Below are positions 58,493 to 64,000 of a DNA stretch of 64,000 nt, piece after piece (positions within the stretch are counted from its first letter, which is position 1; each line of letters opens with the position of its first letter). The notes under the pieces were generated by a model that worked only from the letters and a program-made list of their open reading frames with translations, searched no databases and was not told the origin of the DNA. The position numbers and the translations under genes were made by a program. The DNA is from Patescibacteria group bacterium. GTDB taxonomy: Bacteria; Patescibacteriota; JAQUNI01. Location of the stretch: positions 64,311 through 128,310 of the forward strand of contig JAQUNI010000003.1 of the NCBI GenBank assembly GCA_028717685.1, given 5' to 3'.

Positions 58493-58533
58493 ACCCTGTT
58501 GGAGAATTTTGTTTTCTAACCCTGTTAGAAAGG
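58490..58533. repeat. degenerate copy of the CGTTAG palindromic element starting on the ddl stop codon
   Basis: ~85% identical to 23257-23300 (taaaccctgttggagaattttgttttctaaccctgttagaaa). Confidence 0.6.
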
Positions 58534-58577
58534 ATATGGAATATCTTCGCAGGAAGGCAGTAGATTGACTGTGTGTT

Positions 58578-58616
58578 ATAACTAAAAATGGCTTAAATAA
58601 GCCATTTTAGTTATTA
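58578..58616. terminator. bidirectional intrinsic terminator between convergent ddl (+) and hypA-like (-)
   Basis: ~17-bp stem ataactaaaaatggctta/taagccattttagttat with T-tracts on both strands. Confidence 0.55.
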
Positions 58617-58626
58617 TCTTAAGGAG

Positions 58627-58884
58627 TTATTTCATCCCTTGAATTTCTTTTAATTTGAAATAATCCCCCTTTATTTTTTTAATTTGGATTTCCGCGCCTT
58701 CTGCTATAGTTTTTTGATTGAGGAGGTTGATATTGAATTTTAAATTCAGAGGAGCAATAATGGCTCCGTGCTCTTCAATTTCGCCCAATTCAATCACTAT
58801 TTTGGTGATTTTTTTTAAATGATTTTTTTGGGCGTATTCTAAGGCTTGGCGCAAAATTTTGTTGGCAGCGTGAAAGTCATGCAT
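58627..58884 (-). CDS. hypA: HypA-like hydrogenase nickel-insertion protein lacking the C-terminal zinc finger
   Basis: MHD N-terminus and ...TIAEGAEIQIKK align to HypA residues 1-65; no CxxC pairs. Confidence 0.5.
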   Translation of the reverse strand: MHDFHAANKILRQALEYAQKNHLKKITKIVIELGEIEEHGAIIAPLNLKFNINLLNQKTIAEGAEIQIKKIKGDYFKLKEIQGMK

Positions 58885-58890
58885 AAAATG

Positions 58891-58981
58891 GTAATTAGTA
58901 ATCCGTAATCAGTAATTGGTAATTGTGAACAATCAGATGATAGTCGGTAAAAATTAATAGTTACTAATTACTGATTACTAC
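58891..58981. repeat. GTAATCAG-heptamer hyphenated inverted repeat, second copy
   Basis: gtaattagtaatccgtaatcagtaattggtaatt ... aattaatagttactaattactgattactac. Confidence 0.65.
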
Positions 58982-58982
58982 A

Positions 58983-60236
58983 TTAATGTACCGCGCAGGT
59001 GATGCAGGGATCATAGGCGCGGATGAGCATTTTGATATCGTCTTCTTTTTTGTTATTCTCTAAAAATTTTTCCAGATCGTTTTCCAGATTCGCTAAGAAT
59101 TGAGCAGTGGGGGTAATAATATTGCAGTTTTTAATAAAACCCCTCGCATCGGTTTCATAATAATGAAAAAGAAGTCCGCGGGGTGCTTCAGTAACCCCCA
59201 ATCCCCTGCCCGCCTTCGTTTTGTATTTTTGTATTTTTTCCGTTTTGATTTTTAATTTTGAAATGATTTTGATTGTTTCTTCTGTCGCGTGAATTACTTC
59301 AATCATCTGGGCAAGAAGATTATAAAAGATATTATAGCAAGGGAGGGAAAATTCAGTGCGAGCGAGAGCTTTATGCGCGAATGGATTCAACTTTTTGTAA
59401 TTTAAATTGACGCGGCTTAATGCTCCTACAAGATAACTTTCGCCAACAATTTTGACTTTTTTGATTAAGTCCTCTGCCATTTCTTGCTTTTCGTTCGCCT
59501 TTCTCAAAAATATTCGGGGGGAGTAAGTTTTATTTTTAGGCAGTTTAATCTGACCATTATAAAGGGCATATTCTTGTTTATTAGACAAGGCGGCAAAAAC
59601 AGTTAAGCGTTGAAATTCTGGGAAGGTGAGATTATTTAAAAAGTCAAAAAGGTCATTGGCGGTTTCCAGATTTTTTTTCGCAGCATTTAAGATTTTATTA
59701 AGCATTTTTCCCGAGGGCAACTTGCGAAAGCCGCCGATGGCAGTAGTTGTCGGGTGGATGTTGCGGCCGCCGATTGCATTTAGAATGAGGTTGCCAAAGT
59801 CGCGGATTTGGATTGCTTCCTTCGCAGTTTTGGGATTGATTTTCACTAAAGCTAAATCGTTTTTTAAATTAAAAAAATCAGAGAGGGCTAAAAAATAGAT
59901 ATGCGTCATATGGCTTTGAATGAATTGACCGAACAGCATTAGTTTGCGCAGGGTTGTTGTTTGAGGGCTTGCTTTAACGCGTAAAGCATTCTCTATCGCT
60001 TTGATAGCAGTCAAATTATGGACAGTGGGACAAATGCCGCAGATTCGCGCCGTAATCCAAGGCGCTTCAGTGTATTTTCGTCCGATTAATATTCCTTCAA
60101 TAAGCCTCGCTCCTTCTTTGACCTCCAAACGCGCTTCGTGGATGAGACCATTTTCCAGCTTACCCACAAATCCCGCGTGACCTTCAATTTTGTTGATTGC
60201 GTTGATAGAAATGGTAATTTTTTTATTAGTTGGCAT
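58983..60236 (-). CDS. [NiFe]-hydrogenase large subunit (group 3-like), ends at the terminal His with no C-terminal extension
   Basis: N-terminal RICGICP and C-terminal DPCITCAVH nickel-binding motifs. Confidence 0.85.
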   Translation of the reverse strand: MPTNKKITISINAINKIEGHAGFVGKLENGLIHEARLEVKEGARLIEGILIGRKYTEAPWITARICGICPTVHNLTAIKAIENALRVKASPQTTTLRKLMLFGQFIQSHMTHIYFLALSDFFNLKNDLALVKINPKTAKEAIQIRDFGNLILNAIGGRNIHPTTTAIGGFRKLPSGKMLNKILNAAKKNLETANDLFDFLNNLTFPEFQRLTVFAALSNKQEYALYNGQIKLPKNKTYSPRIFLRKANEKQEMAEDLIKKVKIVGESYLVGALSRVNLNYKKLNPFAHKALARTEFSLPCYNIFYNLLAQMIEVIHATEETIKIISKLKIKTEKIQKYKTKAGRGLGVTEAPRGLLFHYYETDARGFIKNCNIITPTAQFLANLENDLEKFLENNKKEDDIKMLIRAYDPCITCAVH

Positions 60237-60364
60237 TTTATCTATTTTACTAATAGAAAATTTTTGATTTTTAACTAATTTGTATTGACTTAATTTCTAT
60301 TGAAATAATCCAATAATCAATTAAAAATTAAATAAAAATTAAGAAGTAAAAATTAAAAATTAAC

Positions 60365-61090
60365 TTATTTGTTCCCAAAAATTTCCAGAACCCTTTCATA
60401 CTCTTTATTGCCTAAAAGTTCTTGCATCTTTTTTTCATTCGGTTCGTTTACCCTGCCGCGGCAGCCAGTGCAGGGCAGGTTACTTTTTAAGCAGATTGCT
60501 TCGCATCCGCCACGGATCATCGGTCCGAGACAGGGTTTGCCCTCTAGAAGCAGGCAGGGATAATTTTTAATTTGGCATTCATAGCAGACTGGACGGTCAG
60601 GCAGATGCGGTTTACTGCCAATCGCTACTTGCCTTAAGACTTCTAAAATTTCTTGATTGTTTGGCGGACAGCCGGGAATAATAAAATCCACGGGTACATA
60701 AGCAGAGAGGGGTTCTATTTTTCTATTATCAATTTTTTTTCCGGAAGACGGATAAACATATTTTAAGATTTTATCTTTATTGCCGTAATTTTTGATTTTT
60801 TGGATATTACCTAGATGAGCGCAGGCGCCTAGAGCGATCAAGGTTTTAGCTTGTTTACGCAGATTTTCCAGTTTTATTTTTTCTTCTTCCCTTGTGACCG
60901 TTCCTTCAATAAATGCAATATCAATGTCTATTTCACTATTAGCTTTTTTGTCCTCAATGAGATGGAAATCCACTAATTCAAAATCCTCCAAGACTTTAAA
61001 AAAAGTTTGGCCTAAATCTAAAATAGAGAAAAGGCAGCCATTACAAGAGGTGAGCGAAGTAATAATTAAAGTTTTTTTCTTTTTTTTCAT
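60365..61090 (-). CDS. [NiFe]-hydrogenase small (delta-type) subunit
   Basis: TSCNGC proximal-cluster motif, multiple Cys clusters, 241 aa. Confidence 0.75.
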   Translation of the reverse strand: MKKKKKTLIITSLTSCNGCLFSILDLGQTFFKVLEDFELVDFHLIEDKKANSEIDIDIAFIEGTVTREEEKIKLENLRKQAKTLIALGACAHLGNIQKIKNYGNKDKILKYVYPSSGKKIDNRKIEPLSAYVPVDFIIPGCPPNNQEILEVLRQVAIGSKPHLPDRPVCYECQIKNYPCLLLEGKPCLGPMIRGGCEAICLKSNLPCTGCRGRVNEPNEKKMQELLGNKEYERVLEIFGNK

Positions 61091-61863
61091 CGGGAAAAAG
61101 GAATACGTTTTTTAGAGTTGAGGTTAATTTTTATCTTTTGGCTTTGGTCCTGATGCTGATTTTTTTTAATAATGCAATGCGTTAAATCAAATGGGTACAT
61201 ACCGGGTTTGCCAAAATCAATGCGTGCAGGGATAGCTTTGCCAATTTTAGCCAAATATTCCAATCTCTCTTGTTTGGCTTTAAGTTTTTTTGAGAGAGAG
61301 ACCAGATTTGCATTGTTGGCGCAATCTATTGCCACCCCAAAGTGGTGGAAGATATTTTGACCTTTGATTACTTTTAAATCCGGCGGCACAAAAACGTTTT
61401 TAAAAATCGTTTTCTTGATGCCATATCGATATTCTAAATCTGCGACACGGTTTTTTTGCTGTTTTTTGATATTAACGAGTTTACAAAGGGTGAGAATATG
61501 GGCTAAGGCATAAGACGGAGAATAGATGTCCTCAATTTTGTTTTCAGCGATACCATCGGCGTGGTCTAGGGCAAAACATTCTAAAATATCTTCTTGGTCA
61601 ATCAAGATTTTATTACGTTTTTTTGCGTAGTAACTAATTGTATTAGGAAAGGCGGTAATAATGTAGCGAGAAAGTGTGGCAAGCTTAATTGGCTTATTTT
61701 TGATAAATTTTTTTAAATCAACGGTGCTGATGCAAAAGGGGTGCAAAAAAAGCCTGCTTACTTCATCAATTGCTTTTGGTGTACATTTTATTTTCTTAAA
61801 ATAAGGCAGGGTTTTTGCCCTTGCCATATTCAATTTTTGGATAAGATCGCCTTTTTTGGCCAT
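61087..61863 (-). CDS. hypothetical protein (few Cys; not an FeS beta subunit)
   Basis: ORF codon-coupled within the hydrogenase operon. Confidence 0.4.
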   Translation of the reverse strand: MAKKGDLIQKLNMARAKTLPYFKKIKCTPKAIDEVSRLFLHPFCISTVDLKKFIKNKPIKLATLSRYIITAFPNTISYYAKKRNKILIDQEDILECFALDHADGIAENKIEDIYSPSYALAHILTLCKLVNIKKQQKNRVADLEYRYGIKKTIFKNVFVPPDLKVIKGQNIFHHFGVAIDCANNANLVSLSKKLKAKQERLEYLAKIGKAIPARIDFGKPGMYPFDLTHCIIKKNQHQDQSQKIKINLNSKKRIPFSR

Positions 61864-62735
61864 AGTTTGTTTTGAAAGACCACAAGATAAAGCCCAAAAA
61901 TTAAAAGCAGAATTCCTGTTATTTTTAAAGGGATCACTTTTTCATTGATAAATATCAGAGAGAGAAGGGAAGTAAGGGGCGCGCCGAGGGTCATAATTGC
62001 GGCGGCAGTGAAAGCGGGAATGTATTTCAAGCCATTATAAAAAGTAGTCACATAACCAAAAAGAATGATGGCGCTAACCACTATCCAAAGATATTGCCAT
62101 AGGGAATAGCCGAGGGTGAAATGAAACCCGTTGTTTTTGACCAGGAGAAATAAAAAGATCAGAATTGCGCCGAAGAACATTCTACCCCAAGCAACCACGA
62201 AGCCTGAAAGATGGGTAAGAACTTTTTTGGCAAGCGCGATTTCAAAAGCCCACATTATCGCAGCTATTAAAATCAGAAGATCGCCGCGATTGAGGCTTTC
62301 CGGTTTATATTGAAAGTAGAAGATACTACCCAAAAGCATTATAAAGGCAGCGACTAGTTCATATTTGTTAATCTTTTTTTTCAGAAATAACCAAGAAATC
62401 GGCACAAGCCAAATAAATATTGTTTTGTGAAAGAAGCTTGCTTGCGCGGCTGAAGTGAGGGTTAAGCCCTTGAAGAAAAGGAGGAAGGGCACAGAGCCGC
62501 CTATAAAACCGATTAAGACCAAATTCCACCAATCCCTGCGGGTCAAATCCTTAAATTCCTTGAGCCGATAGATCAGAAAAAGCATAGCCGTTAATAATAT
62601 GGCAACCAGGAGATTTTTCGCGAAGGTAAAAAAGTAGGGCTCAATACCCGACGCCTCCCATTTATTCAGGAAGACGGAGAAACCAGAGATGATGCTTGTG
62701 GTTAAAATAAGAAGAATGCCTTTAGTGTATTTCAT
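61830..62735 (-). CDS. EamA/DMT-family transporter (10 TM)
   Basis: two EamA-like repeats. Confidence 0.7.
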   Translation of the reverse strand: MKYTKGILLILTTSIISGFSVFLNKWEASGIEPYFFTFAKNLLVAILLTAMLFLIYRLKEFKDLTRRDWWNLVLIGFIGGSVPFLLFFKGLTLTSAAQASFFHKTIFIWLVPISWLFLKKKINKYELVAAFIMLLGSIFYFQYKPESLNRGDLLILIAAIMWAFEIALAKKVLTHLSGFVVAWGRMFFGAILIFLFLLVKNNGFHFTLGYSLWQYLWIVVSAIILFGYVTTFYNGLKYIPAFTAAAIMTLGAPLTSLLSLIFINEKVIPLKITGILLLIFGLYLVVFQNKLWPKKAILSKN

Positions 62736-62739
62736 AAGT

Positions 62740-62880
62740 TTATTGAAATCCTAAATCCTAAGCACCAAATCCTAAACAATATCTAAATCCAAAATTCAAA
62801 ACTGTTTGAATTTAGAGATTTGAATTTTGAATTTGTTTAGAATTTAGGATTTAGGATTTGGGATTTAGAATTTTGAAGAT
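62740..62880. repeat. AT-rich hyphenated inverted repeat (cctaaatcctaa... / ...ttaggatttagg) with central aaactgtttgaattt and tttgtttagaattt
   Basis: related to 53227-53337 through the shared gtttgaaWtt / tttgtttagaaWtt cores. Confidence 0.55.
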
Positions 62881-63058
62881 ATCTATTTATATAATTCGCT
62901 TGTTTTGAGGAAATTTTAGCAATTACAAAGCCATTCTGTTCTAGAACCCAGTCCCCCATTTTCACGGAAACCAAGGAAGAATCAAGGATCTTGTCTTGGT
63001 TGCTGGTGGCTTTGTTTTTATTTAATTTTATGATTTGATGGGGAATGGCAAGGCACAT
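62837..63058 (-). CDS. hypC: hydrogenase maturation factor HypC/HupF
   Basis: MCLAIP N-terminus; VKMGDWVLEQNGFVI. Confidence 0.8.
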   Translation of the reverse strand: MCLAIPHQIIKLNKNKATSNQDKILDSSLVSVKMGDWVLEQNGFVIAKISSKQANYINRYLQNSKSQILNPKF

Positions 63059-63059
63059 A

Positions 63060-63230
63060 GAAACAATTTTAAATTCTAAATTTTTAATTTTAAATCAAAT
63101 CTAAATTTTAAATTATTTAATTTTAACCCCCTTTTTCCCTTTGTTTTAAAATTTAAAATTAGGATTTTAAAATTGATTTAAAATTCAGAATTAAAAATTT
63201 GAAATTTTTAAATAATGTTGGGTAAATCTT
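63060..63230. repeat. AT-rich inverted repeat region (taattttaaatcaaatctaaattttaaatt ... aatttaaaattaggattttaaaattgatttaaaatt)
   Basis: imperfect ~30-bp arms. Confidence 0.45.
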
Positions 63231-63876
63231 TAATCTCTGCCCAGGAGAATACCGGTCCTTCTTTACAGACGTATTTTCCGTTCGGGAGCGCGCAGTGTTG
63301 GCAGATGCCGACGCCGCAGTGCATGCGCCGTTCCAAAGAAAGATAAATCTCATCATCTTTAAACTTTAATCTTTTCAGCCTCTCCATAACGAATTTATAC
63401 ATTATCGGCGGTCCTACCACGAGAGCCAGAGCATGTTCAAGGGTTTTGTATTTATCAAATAAAGTGGTAATCACGCCAATATTTCCTTTCCATTGCAGCT
63501 GGCATTGATCCAGGGTTACTTTAACATCAATATCCTGCTTTTGCCAAGAAGGGAATTCCTTTTCAAAAATGCGGTATTCTTCGCATTTAGTACCATAGAA
63601 GAGCTGGACCTTTTTGTAAGTAGCGCGGCGATGTAGAATGCTTAAAATTACGGAACGTAAAGGGGCGAGACCAATGCCGCCGGCAATAATGAGCAAATTT
63701 TTATGTGCCAGTTTTTTCAAGGGAAAACCGCGTCCATAAGGTCCTCTCACGCCCACATAGTCGCCTTGATGCTTATGAAAGAGGGCAGAGGTGACAATAC
63801 CTTTTTCCTGAACCGTGATTTGAAATTGTTTGCTGTTGTATTGGCTGGAGCAAAAGGCGAAAGGCGCTTCACCCAC
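63208..63876 (-). CDS. hydrogenase gamma-type FAD/NAD and 2Fe-2S subunit (HydG/PyrK-like), N-terminally truncated
   Basis: GGIGLAPLRS, C-terminal CGVGICQHC..C; ~40 N-terminal residues of the FAD barrel are missing; reading frame closes at 63892. Confidence 0.65.
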   Translation of the reverse strand: MGEAPFAFCSSQYNSKQFQITVQEKGIVTSALFHKHQGDYVGVRGPYGRGFPLKKLAHKNLLIIAGGIGLAPLRSVILSILHRRATYKKVQLFYGTKCEEYRIFEKEFPSWQKQDIDVKVTLDQCQLQWKGNIGVITTLFDKYKTLEHALALVVGPPIMYKFVMERLKRLKFKDDEIYLSLERRMHCGVGICQHCALPNGKYVCKEGPVFSWAEIKDLPNII

Positions 63877-63895
63877 TTTGGGAATGGAAAGTTAG

Positions 63896-64000
63896 GATCA
63901 ATACGATAAAGCATTGGAAAATGTGGATAAAGCCATAGATTTGAATGGCAACGTGGCAAAATACTGGGCAAACAAAGGGCTGGTGCAAATCGCCCTGCAA
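63896..64000 (+). CDS. partial ORF fragment, TPR-like (DKALENVDKAIDLNGNVAKYWANKGLVQIALQ), runs off the window
   Basis: open frame with TPR-like W-LG-Y pattern and no start codon. Confidence 0.3.

Noticed and set aside
61087-61863. Candidate hydrogenase beta (FeS) subunit
   Set aside because: It contains almost no cysteines and no CxxCxxCxxxC ferredoxin motifs, so it is left as hypothetical.
63747-63971. ORF 63747..63971 as a possible missing N-terminus of the gamma subunit
   Set aside because: It is in a different frame with low-complexity Pro/Phe-rich translation and no similarity to the FAD-barrel N-terminus. The correct frame closes at 63892.
1-64000. CRISPR array, IS element or transposase, integrase, rRNA
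   Set aside because: No regularly spaced direct repeats with unique spacers, no transposase- or integrase-like ORFs, and no rRNA-like conserved blocks were seen. The repeated elements found are palindromic and dispersed, not CRISPR-like.

Overview
This is a low-GC (~35% by eye), gene-dense bacterial window with almost all genes on the minus strand; the only plus-strand islets are at 33522-35056 and 55727-58492. The content suggests an uncultivated small-genome lineage, possibly CPR/Patescibacteria-like (group-3b-type NiFe hydrogenase, short ValS, many glycosyltransferases), but the sequence alone cannot assign it. From 149 to ~50.9 kb the window is one long cell-envelope glycan locus. It starts with a Dpm1-like GT2 plus three very large GT-C-like or membrane-anchored proteins (149-7765). 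Next come a CDP-glucose module (rfbF/rfbG), an FdtA/FdtB/FdtC-like 3-acetamido-sugar cassette, GT4 and GT2 transferases and SAM methyltransferases. An unusual sub-island follows with two cobalamin-type radical-SAM enzymes flanking MTAP+APRT and a putative B12-capture pair. The locus continues with UDP-glucuronate decarboxylase, Wzx, an epimerase, UDP-glucose dehydrogenase, a dTDP-rhamnose operon (rmlA, HD-rmlD fusion, rmlB, NUDIX, rmlC-like), more GT4/GT2 genes, Wzy/ligase-like and Wzz-like proteins. Downstream are a three-gene lipoprotein/beta-rich secreted island, HtrA, valS, alr, ddl, and a NiFe-hydrogenase locus. That locus has large and small subunits, hypC, a zinc-finger-less hypA-like gene and a gamma subunit that breaks off abruptly near the window end. 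Non-coding content is rich. There is a 68-bp direct repeat flanking the Fdt cassette. A dispersed palindromic element with half-site CCCCGTTAGAAA/TTTCTAACGGGG occurs often right at stop or start codons. Two further intergenic inverted-repeat families are present, along with three GC-rich structured intergenic elements, the clearest a ~100-nt three-stem RNA at 49995-50096. I found no CRISPR arrays, rRNA, convincing tRNA or transposases.
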